Below are positions 40,586-51,228 of a stretch of DNA of 64,000 nucleotides, in pieces. Positions within the stretch are counted from its first letter, which is position 1; each line of letters starts with the position of its first letter. Made by a program: the position numbers and the translations under genes. This DNA is from an uncultured Gemmatimonadaceae bacterium (GTDB taxonomy: Bacteria > Gemmatimonadota > Gemmatimonadetes > Gemmatimonadales > Gemmatimonadaceae). The notes under the pieces were generated by a model. It saw nothing but the letters and a program-made list of their open reading frames with translations, made no database searches and had not been told where the DNA came from. The stretch covers positions 1 to 64,000 of the forward strand of contig CAWJMB010000003.1 in NCBI GenBank assembly GCA_963843845.1. The letters run 5' to 3'.

Positions 40586-42341
40586 TCAACGTCCCGTCTC
40601 GACGTCGCGCGCCGCCCGCTCCGTCGCCGTCCGCACGCGCCCCCGCGCCCGCTCGATCGCCGCCCGCGTCGCCACCGACGCGCCGCCGACCTCGATCTCC
40701 GCCGCCGCCCCGAGCGCGCCGTCGTAGTACGCGCCCCACGCGCGAACGATGTGCGCCTCGTGCGCCCGATCTCCCGCCGCCGCGACGACGCCCCGCGACA
40801 GCGTCTCCTCGGTCGTCAGCCGCGCGAGCGCCGCGTCGGTCAGCTCTGCCACCACCGCACGCGTCGTCGCGCCGTCGGCGCTCGCGAGCGTCAGCGCCGA
40901 GACGAGCGCCGACACGCCGACGTTGCGTCAATTCGCTCGCCGAGACCTTGTCGATGCGGTCGCCGTCGGTGTGGTAGAACTCGTCGGTGAAGTGCCAGAG
41001 CAGCAGCGCCCGGCTTCTTCGCGCTCGAGGAACGGCGTGTGGTCGCTGCCGCCCTCGAACGGATTCGTCCGCACGACCCAGTCCGTCGTCGCCGCCTGAT
41101 CGAGGCAGCGCGCGCAGCACGAAGTCGTTGAAGTAGTGCGGCACGATGCTGGTCCTCGGCGAGCGGGCTGCCGCCCCACGCGGTGTGCTTGTTCGTCGCC
41201 GCGCGTCCACACCGCGGACGGGTCGGGCATCTTCTCGATGAGGAAGGTGCCGCCGGTGTTCGCCGTGTCCTCGCCGACCATGTCGAGGCTCATCCCCCAC
41301 TTCACGCCGCGCGTGCGCGCACGTGTCGTCGGCGAGGTAGGCGCGCGTCGCGGCGATCTCGTTGCCCCAGATGAACGTGATCGATGCGCCTCGGGTCCGC
41401 CGCGCCGATCGCGCACGAGCGACGCGAGCACGCGCGCCATCTCCGCCTGGGCGCCGACGCCCGACGCGTTGTCGTTCGCGCCCGGCTCCTGCACGTGCGC
41501 GCTGAACACGAACCGCTCGTTCGGCACCGCGCTCCCGCGCACGTCGGCGATCAGCGTCCGCTCGTCCGACGCGTACGATGCGCGCCGCGACGTGCACGCG
41601 CACGCGCACCGGCCCCGCCGCGAGCGCGCTGCGCAGCCGCGCTGCGCGCGTCGGTCGAGAGCAGGATCCCCCACGCGCCTGCGCCGTGTCGAGCGGGATC
41701 GACGAGAACTGGATCGAGGTGCGGTGCACCTGCCGGCTCGAGGTACGCCGGCATCGAGTACGCGAGCACGCCGAGCGCGCCGCGCTTCTGCACCGCCTCC
41801 GTCCACACGCGCCCCGCCGGCCCGTCGGCGTAGACGATCTTGCCGCGCACGTCCACGCGCGCGAACGACGAGTCGGCGAGCGAGCCGACCGCGACGACCT
41901 CCGCCTCGACGCCGCCGGCCGGCGTCGCCTGCGAGTTGATCGTCAGCATGTTGCGGTTCGGATCGCGTGCGGAGCAGCGGCGTCGCCTGCCCGACGATGG
42001 TCACCGACGCGCTCTCCGGCTCCCACGTCATGTTCTGCATCGGCTTCGACTCGACGCGATAGGTGAGCCGATCTCTCGCCGACGCCGCGGACTCCTCGAC
42101 GTACCCCGCGGCCCGCAGCACGCGCGCGACGCTGTCGATGCTCGCGTCGAAGCACCGATTGCCCGGCAGCCGCCAGCAGCGATCGAGGTACGCGACGACG
42201 GCGAGCGCGCGCTGCCCGTCGTATCGCGCGCGCACCTGCGTGAACGCGCGCTCGGCCGCGGGAATCGGCGACGTCGGCGCGGAGGCGCCCGAGCGCGGCG
42301 AGCGCGCCGAGGAGGAGGAAGGAGCGATGTCCGGAGGTCAT
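40586..42341 (-). CDS. M28-family peptidase, multiply frameshifted
   Basis: SAHVQEPGANDNASG, WGNEI, SLDMVG, EGGSDH, FYHTDGD in several frames. Confidence 0.85.
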
Positions 42342-42391
42342 GTGGTGAAGCTACCCGTGACACCCCGCGGTCCACAGACTACTCTCGCCGC

Positions 42392-43438
42392 ATGCACCGC
42401 ATGCGAGCCCTCCGCCTCACGCGCCCCGGCGCCCCCGTCGAGCTGCACGACGTTCCCATCCCGACAGTCGGCCCGCGCGATGTCCTCGTGCGCGTGCGCG
42501 CCGCAGGGATCTGTCACTCCGACGCGCACTACCGCGCCGGCCGCTCCCCGGCGCGCCCGCTGCCCCTCACGTTGGGGCACGAAGTCGCCGGCACTGTCGA
42601 GCACGTCGGCGAGCACGTCACACACGTCGCCCCCGGCGACCGCGTGAGCCTGCACTATCTCGTCGCCTGCGCCGACTGTTACCACTGTAGCCGCGGCAGC
42701 GAACAGTTCTGTCGCACCGGCTCGATGATCGGGCACTTCCGCGACGGTGGGTGGGCCGACTTCATCGCGGTTCCCGAGCGCAACGCCGTGCGCATCCCGG
42801 ACGCGGTCCCCTTCGAGCACGCGGCAGTGTTGATGTGCTCGTCGGCGACGTCGATGCACGCGCTGCGCAAGGGACGTCTCGCCGGCGGCGAGTCGGTCGC
42901 CGTGTTCGGCGTCGGCGGGCTCGGCATGTCGGCGATCCAGCTCGCCCGCGCGTTAGGCGCCCTCGACGTCTTCGCGATCGACGTCGACCCCGCGAAGCTC
43001 GCGCTCGCCGAGCGACTCGGCGCGATCGCGGTGAACGCGCGCGAGGTGGACCCGGTGGAGACGATCCGCGCGCGCAGCGTGGGCGGCGGCGTCGACGTCG
43101 CGCTCGAGCTGATCGGGCTGCCGCTCACGATCCGGCAGGCCGTTCAATCGTTGGGCGTCCAGGGACGCGCCGTCGTCGCCGGTCTCGCGCAGGAGCCGCT
43201 CGCCCTCGACACCTACCGCGACCTGTTAGGCAAGGAGGCCGAGCTGATCGGCGCGAACGACCATCTCTTGCAGGAACTGCCGCTGCTGCTGGAGTTCGCG
43301 CGTCGGAAGTCGCTCGATCTCACCGACGTCGTCGCGCGCACCGTGCCGCTCGACGCCGCGGCCGTGAACGCCGTGCTCGACGAGCTCGATCGCTACGGCG
43401 CCCCCGTGCGCACCGTCATCGCACTGCCAGGAGATTGA
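42392..43438 (+). CDS. Zinc-dependent alcohol dehydrogenase
   Basis: GICHSD, GHEVAG, CADCYHC...C, FGVGGLG. Confidence 0.95.
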   Translation: MHRMRALRLTRPGAPVELHDVPIPTVGPRDVLVRVRAAGICHSDAHYRAGRSPARPLPLTLGHEVAGTVEHVGEHVTHVAPGDRVSLHYLVACADCYHCSRGSEQFCRTGSMIGHFRDGGWADFIAVPERNAVRIPDAVPFEHAAVLMCSSATSMHALRKGRLAGGESVAVFGVGGLGMSAIQLARALGALDVFAIDVDPAKLALAERLGAIAVNAREVDPVETIRARSVGGGVDVALELIGLPLTIRQAVQSLGVQGRAVVAGLAQEPLALDTYRDLLGKEAELIGANDHLLQELPLLLEFARRKSLDLTDVVARTVPLDAAAVNAVLDELDRYGAPVRTVIALPGD

Positions 43439-43656
43439 TGACCCGCTGATCCCCCCTCGCTCGTGATGGTCACCGCCGACTGCCGAGCGCCTCGATCACC
43501 GCCCGAACGGCCTGCGGCTCCCGCAGCCGCACGCCGAGCCGCCCCGCCCGTGCGAGGGGCCCCTGCATGTCGTCGACGATCACGCCGGCGCGCGTGCACC
43601 CGAGCTGCCGCTGCACGAAGCGCGCGTCCTCCAGGAACGCGCGCCGTGACGCGCGA

Positions 43657-43696
43657 CCGTCATACCGTCATACCGTCACGCCGTCACGCCGTCACG
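43657..43696. repeat. 5 copies of an 8-bp tandem repeat (CCGTCAYR)
   Basis: ccgtcata x2 followed by ccgtcacg x3. Confidence 0.8.
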
Positions 43697-44174
43697 CCGC
43701 GATCGACACGTCGTCGTCGCTCCCCTCGGCGCCGTCGCCTTCCGCCACGTCGTCGGCGATCGTGACCTTGCGACGCCCTCCGCGCTCCGGCAGCACGAGA
43801 CACTCGCCGACGCCGCCGCCGAGCTGCGGCGGCAGCTCCACGCCGAGGCCGAAGCCGGTGCCGTGCGTGACGACCGCCGCGCGGAAATCCCCTGCCTCGA
43901 GCGCCGCGATCACGTGCGCTGCGACCGCCGAGAGCGCCGCGTTCGACTTCCGCTTCGCCGACTTCCCGTCGCCGAGGTGTGACATGGCGTGCGCGCGCAG
44001 CTCACGCGACACGAGGTCGCGCAGCAGCGTCAGCGACGGCGCGCGGAGAATGCGCACCTGCAGGCCGGAACCGCGGATCGCCTCCTCGCTCGACGATGCA
44101 GGAAGCGTGAGCCGCGCGCCGACGGTCGCGGTGACCTGCGTCGGGAGCGACGGCTGGAACGGAGAAGACCACAT
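43692..44174 (-). CDS. Hypothetical protein
   Basis: 160-aa ORF (MWSSPFQPSLP...) with host-like composition and an acidic tail. Confidence 0.6.
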   Translation of the reverse strand: MWSSPFQPSLPTQVTATVGARLTLPASSSEEAIRGSGLQVRILRAPSLTLLRDLVSRELRAHAMSHLGDGKSAKRKSNAALSAVAAHVIAALEAGDFRAAVVTHGTGFGLGVELPPQLGGGVGECLVLPERGGRRKVTIADDVAEGDGAEGSDDDVSIAA

Positions 44175-44247
44175 CGGAGGACGGCGGAGAGGGAAAGCGG
44201 CGTCGGAAGTCGTGTGCCGACTGACGAGCGCGTACCCTTCGGCGTCA

Positions 44248-45567
44248 CTACGGTTCCGGCCTCGGCTGCACGGGTCCCGGTGTCTCGCGCCCTCGCACGC
44301 ACACGGCGACGTACGCCGCCTCCGCCGCGGCACAGTCGCGCGCCACGGCGCCGCGCGCGGGGTGCACGAGCGCCATGCGGCGGCCGACCATCGCGTAGCA
44401 CGCCCCCTTCGCGTTCGCCGGCGCGTCGCGGCAGAGCGCGAGCGCCTTCCCCGCCGTCCAGCTCTCGTCGATGAACGACTCGGCCGCCCCCGCCACGCAC
44501 ACACCCGTCAGCGCCGTGTCGGCGAGTCGGCACGTCGCGACGAGCTCCGCGCTGCCGTCGACCCACCCGCCGAGCTGCTTGCCGAGCCCATGATGACACG
44601 CCTCGCGCGACGCGGCCGGCACCGTCGCGCATGTACGAGCGGTGCGCGCGAGGTCGTCGGTGAACTCGTAGAGCACGATCGGTTGGTACTGCCAGCACGA
44701 CGGCTGGTACGTCGAGGCCACGCTGTCGCACGGCCAGCGCAGATCCGCCCGGCGCAGTAGCGTCGCGTCGTTCGTCCCGGCGCGCGGCTCGGTGCCGCGC
44801 ACCGTGATCTCCATGAAGACGCCGTCGTGACATTCGCGGCGCGCCACACTGTCCGACAGTGCGTCGCACTGTCCGAGCGCCGTGCGATAGTCGTTGTGCA
44901 CGCGCGCCATCAGTCCATGCCCCATCCCGTGCGCGCACTCGAGCCGCGCGAGCGGCGCACTCCGCGCCCCCGCGATGGTGCCGCACAGCGCGTCGAGCGA
45001 CGCGCCAGCCACCGCGGCCGCGGGCGATGCGCGCGGCGACGTGAAGTACCCCTCCATCACGCCGTGCCAGCACCCCGCCTGGAACTCCTGCGTGCACTGC
45101 GCATACGTCGCCGGATCCCCTCCCGCGCGCGCGACCGCGAACCGCCCGAGCGCGTGCGCGACGACGTGCCCCATCGGGTCGGCACCCGGGTCGCGCGCGA
45201 TCAGCGCCCGCAGCGAATCGAGCGCTGCCGAGACCCCGCGGCGCCGCGCCGTGACGAAGATCGTCGCGACGTCCAGGTCGCGGTCGGACAGCGCCGCCCA
45301 GTCGACCGCGCCACTGTGCGCACCGTGCCCGCCGCTCGCGCCGAGCGCCACGGCCGACGGCGGCCCGCTCATGTCGTGCAGGTCGTGCGCGGCCACGCCA
45401 TGCGAAGCCCCAGGCGCCGTGTCCGGCCGCCCGGTCGACAGCGCGGCGGGCAGCGTCGACGATGCCGACGTCACCGCTGTCGGCCGAGGCGGACGCGCGA
45501 GGTACGTCCACGCTGCGCCGGCCAGGAGCAGCAACACGAGGGCGACGGCAGACCGGCGGCGTGGCAT
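44248..45567 (-). CDS. Membrane-anchored Cys/His-repeat protein
   Basis: N-terminal TM; HVVAHALG, CWHGVMEG, CAHGMGHG, CHDGVFME, CHHGLG. Confidence 0.8.
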   Translation of the reverse strand: MPRRRSAVALVLLLLAGAAWTYLARPPRPTAVTSASSTLPAALSTGRPDTAPGASHGVAAHDLHDMSGPPSAVALGASGGHGAHSGAVDWAALSDRDLDVATIFVTARRRGVSAALDSLRALIARDPGADPMGHVVAHALGRFAVARAGGDPATYAQCTQEFQAGCWHGVMEGYFTSPRASPAAAVAGASLDALCGTIAGARSAPLARLECAHGMGHGLMARVHNDYRTALGQCDALSDSVARRECHDGVFMEITVRGTEPRAGTNDATLLRRADLRWPCDSVASTYQPSCWQYQPIVLYEFTDDLARTARTCATVPAASREACHHGLGKQLGGWVDGSAELVATCRLADTALTGVCVAGAAESFIDESWTAGKALALCRDAPANAKGACYAMVGRRMALVHPARGAVARDCAAAEAAYVAVCVRGRETPGPVQPRPEP

Positions 45568-45587
45568 GTCGCGTATACTATCGGACC

Positions 45588-46097
45588 ATGTTCTCCACCG
45601 ACATCCTGACGATCCTGCTCCGCGAGCTCGCCGCCGTGCGCCGGTCGATCGAGGCGTACCCGGACGACGCGAGTCTGTGGCAGACGCCCCCGGGCCCGCC
45701 CAACGCCGGGGGCACGCTCGTGCTGCACATCGCCGGCAACCTCCGCTACTACGTCGGCGCCGTCCTCGGCGGCTCGGGCTACGTGCGCGATAGAGACGCG
45801 GAGTTCGCGCGGCACGACGTCTCGCGCGAGGACTTGCTCGCCGAGGTCGACGCGACGCACGACGCGATCGCGGCGACGATCGAGGCACTCGCCGACGACG
45901 CGCTGGCGCAGCCGTACCCGGAGCGCGTCGGCGGGCGAACGGTGTCGACCGGCGATTGGCTCGTCCACCTCGCCGCGCACCTCGCCTACCACCTCGGGCA
46001 GCTCGACTATCACCGCCGTCTCGTGACCGGCGACCGCCGCTCGATCGGCGCGCTCCCGATCGCCGAGCTCCCAACGGCAACGCCGCCCGCACCCTGA
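45588..46097 (+). CDS. DinB/DUF1572 family protein
   Basis: NAGGTLVLHIAGNL, YVRDRDAEF, HLAYHLGQLDY. Confidence 0.9.
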   Translation: MFSTDILTILLRELAAVRRSIEAYPDDASLWQTPPGPPNAGGTLVLHIAGNLRYYVGAVLGGSGYVRDRDAEFARHDVSREDLLAEVDATHDAIAATIEALADDALAQPYPERVGGRTVSTGDWLVHLAAHLAYHLGQLDYHRRLVTGDRRSIGALPIAELPTATPPAP

Positions 46098-46131
46098 CGA
46101 ACAGAGCGCGGGCGGCGTGGAGGCGACGTCG

Positions 46132-46740
46132 TTAGGCGGCCCCGAACATTCCGAGAATCGTGTCGACCCCGTCGTCGACCCGCTGATTGAGGCGCAGGAA
46201 CGACGCGCGGTCCTCCGCGGCCATCGCCTCGCGCGCGATGTCGTTCAGGACGCGGCGCACCGACTCGCGGCTCCCGCCAGCGGAGCGTCCGGCACCCGCC
46301 GGCCGGCCGGGCCCGCGCTTCGCCGGCGCGGCCGCTGCAGCCGACGCGGCGTTTCCGCCGGTGCCAGCCGGCGTTGACGCCTTCGACGTCTTCGACGCGA
46401 CTGACGGCTGCGCAGACTGGGAAGGAGCCGCGGCTGCGCCCGACGTCACGGAGCTCTCGGACTTCGTGGCCGCCGGCGCCGACTTGGCGGCCGATGTCGC
46501 GGCCGGCTTTGCAGCCGGCTTCGCAGCTGGCTTCGCGGTCGGCTTGGCGCGGCCGGTCGCGGTGCCCGAGGCGCGGACAATCGGCAGGCGATACGTCGCA
46601 TGAAACTGGCGCGGCGACAGTCGGCGGATGCTCGAATCGAGATCGACGGCCTTCTTCAGCAGGACGTCGTTCCCGATCGACGGGTTCTTTCCCAGCTCCG
46701 AACGAACCATCGCGATAACACGCTCGTTTCTTGGCGGCAT
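46132..46740 (-). CDS. Basic histone-H1-like / AT-hook protein
   Basis: KPTA/KPAA repeats and KRGPGRP. Confidence 0.75.
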   Translation of the reverse strand: MPPRNERVIAMVRSELGKNPSIGNDVLLKKAVDLDSSIRRLSPRQFHATYRLPIVRASGTATGRAKPTAKPAAKPAAKPAATSAAKSAPAATKSESSVTSGAAAAPSQSAQPSVASKTSKASTPAGTGGNAASAAAAAPAKRGPGRPAGAGRSAGGSRESVRRVLNDIAREAMAAEDRASFLRLNQRVDDGVDTILGMFGAA

Positions 46741-47117
46741 CGCCAGTCTCCTGAGGGCGTGTGAAGTGGTGAAGGCCCCGTGCAGCCGTGCGGGCCGAGC
46801 GTGCGACGAATCTCGTCAGTGCGGCAGGCGATTGCTACCGCAGGCGACGAAGTCGCTCGATTGGTCGCGTCGACTGACTAATACACGCGCCCTGCGAGGC
46901 GCCGGGCGGCTCGGAGGCCGACGACTGTCCCGGAACGCGCGGACTGTCGGAGCACGTCCTCCCTCGTCGCGGCCGTTCGACGCGCGGCGTCGAATGTCGC
47001 CGTGCATCCGACGCGCGTCGCGTCGGTCCTCCGATTCTCGCATCGCGCCGCTGTCGCCCCACCGGGCCGCGCCACTCCGTCGAGCGCCACGGCATGGGGG
47101 GGCCACTCACCGACCGA

Positions 47118-47246
47118 CTATCGGAAGATCCCGAAGTTCCCGAGCAGCCACCAGAGAATGACGAAGATCAGCACCGTCGAGAAGCAACCGCCGCCCAGCT
47201 TCTTCGCGCCGTACCCCGCGGCGAGACCACGTAAGAGTTTGCTCAT
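47118..47246 (-). CDS. 42-aa small membrane protein
   Basis: MSKLLRGLAAGYGAKKLGGGCFSTVLIFVILWWLLGNFGIFR. Confidence 0.7.
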   Translation of the reverse strand: MSKLLRGLAAGYGAKKLGGGCFSTVLIFVILWWLLGNFGIFR

Positions 47247-47522
47247 TGTCGCTCGGCACCCCGGATGACTGAAGGCTGTGGGGGCGCGGCTCGACCACAC
47301 GCGTCGTCGCGCGGCCGTCGCTGCGCCCCGATCGAACGCGACTTCGTTTCGCACGTCGCGCGCCACTCACCAATTCGGCGACGGCACTGCCGCGCGCCGC
47401 CAGTACCCTCGGGGGCCGTGCACTACGCTGGGGGTCTGGCACCGGATTTGACTATCTCGTGCCCATGAATGCGAAGCACCTGAAGCCGCGGTCGAGATTC
47501 GTTCCATCGTAGCCCGAAGCCG

Positions 47523-48500
47523 ATGTCGTCGAGGTATCCGATGTCCACGCACGTGACGGTTCGTCCGGTCGTCGCCGCCCTGAGCCTGATCGCGCTCACC
47601 GGTCTTCCGCACACCGTCCGCGCCCAGTGCGTCGACCGCGATGGGCACGACGCGCACGAGTCGAGCGGCAGCGTGCTCGCGCACCCGTTCACCGACACGC
47701 CGGACTCGCTCCCGCAGAGCGCGCTCCGCACCACGGCAACGTCGCGCAACTCGCCGAAGCTGCGCGTCTTTCGCGAACGAGAGGCCGCGGCCCGGATGCG
47801 AGTGCACAAGGACGACGGCGCGCCGTACCGCGTGACGAAAGAAGTCCGCGAGAGCGACTGCGGCGATGTCGGGCTGCTCGCACCGAGCGTTGCGCTGACC
47901 CCGTGGGCGACGCCGGGCGTCGCGCTCCCATTCCCGACCATCCCCTCGCCGATCCGCCTCGCCGGCGTGAACCGGTCGCGCGACGGTCTGTTCGGCGCGT
48001 TGCTCATCGGCGCCATTACCGCGGGCGTCCTCGGCACCGGCGACGCAGGCACCGTCAGCGGTCCCCCGGTCGGCAATGGCCCGGTCGGCGGTGGCCCGGT
48101 CGGCGGTGGTCCGATCGACACGTCACCGACCCCGGGCACACCGATTCCACCGATCGCTCCGGTTCCTGACACACCCGGCGGCACGCCGAGCACGCCGGTC
48201 GACACCCCGGCGGGTTCCTCCTCCGGTGGGAGCACGCCGAGTGCTCCCGGCAGCGCGCCGGGCGTGCCCGGGAGTACCCCGGAGACGCCCGGCGTCCCCG
48301 GGGTGCCCGCAATCCCGACCTCACCTGTCACCCAGTTCCCTGGAACTCCCGGGGCACCCGACACCCCCGGTGCCGCCCCCGACGCCGCCGACACGTCGTT
48401 CGTCCCGACCGTTACCGCGACCCCCGAGCCCGCCACATGGATGCTCTTGGGGAGCGGCCTCCTCGCGGTGGCGTTTCGCCGGAGACGTCGTGTCGGCTGA
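47523..48500 (+). CDS. PEP-CTERM sorting domain protein, Pro/Gly/Thr-rich
   Basis: C-terminus VTATPEPATWMLLGSGLLAVAFRRRRRVG; signal peptide. Confidence 0.88.
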   Translation: MSSRYPMSTHVTVRPVVAALSLIALTGLPHTVRAQCVDRDGHDAHESSGSVLAHPFTDTPDSLPQSALRTTATSRNSPKLRVFREREAAARMRVHKDDGAPYRVTKEVRESDCGDVGLLAPSVALTPWATPGVALPFPTIPSPIRLAGVNRSRDGLFGALLIGAITAGVLGTGDAGTVSGPPVGNGPVGGGPVGGGPIDTSPTPGTPIPPIAPVPDTPGGTPSTPVDTPAGSSSGGSTPSAPGSAPGVPGSTPETPGVPGVPAIPTSPVTQFPGTPGAPDTPGAAPDAADTSFVPTVTATPEPATWMLLGSGLLAVAFRRRRRVG

Positions 48501-48623
48501 GCATCGCCGTCGATAGAGCGGTGCTGCCCCAAGGCGCGGTGATGAAACAGTATGGTGCCATCACCGCGCCACTCTTACAACAGAGTTGGGCTGACGCTTT
48601 CGTCTTCTATCGCCTCACTGCGG

Positions 48624-49079
48624 TCATCGCTCGAACAACGATGCGAACTCGCTGTACCCCTCGTCGGCGAGCCGGTCGGCCGGAATGAATCGCAGGGCAG
48701 CCGAATTCATGCAGTAGCGCTGGCCGGTCGGCTTCGGACCGTCGTCGAAGACGTGCCCCAGATGCGAATCGCCGCGGGTCGACCGCACCTCCGTGCGCGG
48801 CATGAACAGGGATCGGTCGCTCTTCATCCGCACATTCTCCGCGACCAGCGGCTTCGTGAAACTCGGCCATCCGGTCCCGGAGTCGAACTTGTCGAGCGAG
48901 CTGAAGAGCGGTTCCCCGGACACCACGTCCACATAGATGCCCGGCTCGTGGTTGTCCCAGTACGGATTCCGGAACGGCGGCTCGGTTCCCTCCTCCTGCG
49001 TCACTTTGAATTGCAGCGGGGACAGCGTCGCCCGGAGCACCTGCGTGTCTGGCTTGGTATAGCGGTCGTCTTGTGACAT
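48624..49079 (-). CDS. msrB: Peptide-methionine (R)-S-oxide reductase
   Basis: [36 protein letters not shown]. Confidence 0.97.
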   Translation of the reverse strand: MSQDDRYTKPDTQVLRATLSPLQFKVTQEEGTEPPFRNPYWDNHEPGIYVDVVSGEPLFSSLDKFDSGTGWPSFTKPLVAENVRMKSDRSLFMPRTEVRSTRGDSHLGHVFDDGPKPTGQRYCMNSAALRFIPADRLADEGYSEFASLFER

Positions 49080-49501
49080 AACGTCCTTCGTTCAGAGTTC
49101 GTATCGCTCCGACGGTGCCGGCAGTGCGATGGCCCTCGCCTCCCCCGCACGTGGCGCGGCTCGCTCGGGTGAGTGGCCGATCGCGGGGATGCTCGTACCC
49201 CGCTCCCCACGCGGAGTCGCTCGCGCGCTTTCATCGCCCCACTCGTTCGGCGGCGCGTCGACAACCGGTCGACAGCGGCGTGACGTCGTGCACGCCGAAT
49301 CGTCATTGCCCACGATACGCACGACGACCGCGATCGCACGTCGGATCGCTCCGTAGGGACCCATATCCCCCAACGAGCGGCCCGTCGCCGCGATCACCGG
49401 CGCCCCGCCTCTCGCTGTCGAGGACAGGCGGGGCTTTCGTGCGTCTGCATCTGTGATCGGCGAGGGATTGCGCTTCGACGGGGGGACGCGCTCATTCGAT
49501 C

Positions 49502-50431
49502 GTGCCCCTCCATCCCCCTTCGCCGTTGCCTGGCGCTTCCCGACCCGACGAGCGCGCATCGCGCGGTCAGCGGACGCCGACACGGATACCGGCGAAGCTC
49601 GACCGGCGCCGCGTCCATGTGATCGATCGCGCGCTCGACTACGCTGCCCTCGCCGATTCCGGACAGTCTGCCGCACGAATCGCGCGGTTCCGGCGCCGAA
49701 GCCAGAGCTATGTGAGCATCGTGCTCCGACTCGGCCGCGCCGTCCGAGGTATGGAACCGGCCGAGTTAGCTGCCCTCCGCTCACCTCGAATCACGTGGAA
49801 GCTGGCGCAGCGCATCGTCCGCGAAGATGCCGACGTCGTCAGCATCCGTCAGCAGCTCCGCGCCGCGCTCGGCGGATTTTCGACCCATACAATCGACCAC
49901 CGTCGCCGCCGCGCCGTCACCCCGGGTCTCGGGACCTCCCGCACCATCCCCCCTGTCCCTGGCAGCGCCACACCCGCCGACCCCTCGACCGGCCTTCACT
50001 GGGACTCCGCCGCGTTCCGCCGAGCCCCTGACACATTCGTCGCCGAGTACGTCGCGGCGCTGCTCGCGACGCACGACGCGCTCTATCGCGCTGCCGAACG
50101 TCTCGCCGCGTCACTCGAGCGCAGCGGCGGGAAGCCGGTCGGCCAGAGTCTCAGAGCACTCGGGCGGACACTCGAGCGAGCGCGCGACGTGGACCTCGAC
50201 GGTTTCCCAAGTCGGTCACGCGGGCAGCACGCCACTGCTCCAGCGTCCTCGGCTACACAGCGCGCGCTGCGAGTACTCGACATCGTCGACGGCGGTTTGC
50301 AGCACGTTGCGAACAGCGTTGCGGCCTACCTCGCGACTGTCACGCCGTCAGCGAGGTCGCACGAGGGACCCCCGGTTCCCCGGCGGACGGCACCAGTGCC
50401 GGATCGTGATGCAGGCGGGGTGTCCGAGTGA
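49502..50431 (+). CDS. Protein with a ParB/Spo0J-type HTH region but no ParB N-domain
   Basis: IDRALDYAALADSGQSAARIARFRRRSQSYVSIVLRLG...ITWKLAQRI. Confidence 0.6.
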   Translation: MPLHPPSPLPGASRPDERASRGQRTPTRIPAKLDRRRVHVIDRALDYAALADSGQSAARIARFRRRSQSYVSIVLRLGRAVRGMEPAELAALRSPRITWKLAQRIVREDADVVSIRQQLRAALGGFSTHTIDHRRRRAVTPGLGTSRTIPPVPGSATPADPSTGLHWDSAAFRRAPDTFVAEYVAALLATHDALYRAAERLAASLERSGGKPVGQSLRALGRTLERARDVDLDGFPSRSRGQHATAPASSATQRALRVLDIVDGGLQHVANSVAAYLATVTPSARSHEGPPVPRRTAPVPDRDAGGVSE

Positions 50432-50604
50432 CGTCGTGGCGCCTCCCTGAGCACGAAGCCCACACGCCAATTACCCGGTAATGTCCACAGGCTTCCTGTC
50501 GTCGGCGTAAGTCCAAACACCTCAAGGAAATAGCCGCAGGTAACGAAGGCGTGAGCAACGACGTTACGCTCACCCCCCCGCTTTCCGCTCGACCATGTGG
50601 CACG

Positions 50605-50850
50605 CTGTCCAACGTTGGACAGACGAGTCCGGCCCCCTCTTAGGGCACTCGTCCCTCACAGCTCTCAAGACCCCACGCCTCCCTAGGCTGCCATGTGCTT
50701 GAGATCGCCTCCGAAACGCTCCCCATTGCGTTCGAATGCACGTCTCCTGACGAACATGACGGCGACGTCCAACGTTGGACAGAGCCGCACCGCTCTCTCG
50801 GATGATCCGCGAACGTGCGTCGCCGGATCATGCGGCGTCCAACGTTGGAC
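50605..50850. repeat. Three copies of palindrome GTCCAACGTTGGAC (candidate parS)
   Basis: 50605-50622 (18-bp CTGTCCAACGTTGGACAG), 50767-50780 and 50837-50850; upstream of parA. Confidence 0.8.
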
Positions 50851-51228
50851 AGAGCCGATCCCGAGCCACGAATCGTGAACCGAGTCAGGTACGGCCTGTG
50901 AGTGGTCGCAGGCGGGACATGCGCGAGGGAGGCGTCGCTGCTGGCCCCGTGTGACGGTCGGTGGCGGAAGGGCTGCGACAGCCAGGATGCGTGTGACGCG
51001 GGCGTGACGATAGCACGGTAGAAGGGGACGTGCCGGACAGCCGTCGTCGATGTCGACAGGTGGCTTTCTGGGAGGCAACACCCCACGTAGCTTCCTCGCC
51101 CCACCGAACGCTGATGCGATTCCTCGCCCAGCTATCCTGTGTGTCCGACCGCGACGTCACGGGGAGTAGGGGCACCGGCGCTCGGTGCCCCTCAGCCCAT
51201 GCTGCACGGGTGACCTGGCTTGAACACC

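Noticed and set aside
43470..43650. Minus-strand frame RRAFLEDARFVQRQLGCTRAGVIVDDMQG...
   Set aside because: Looks coding-like but has no clear start and no recognisable family.
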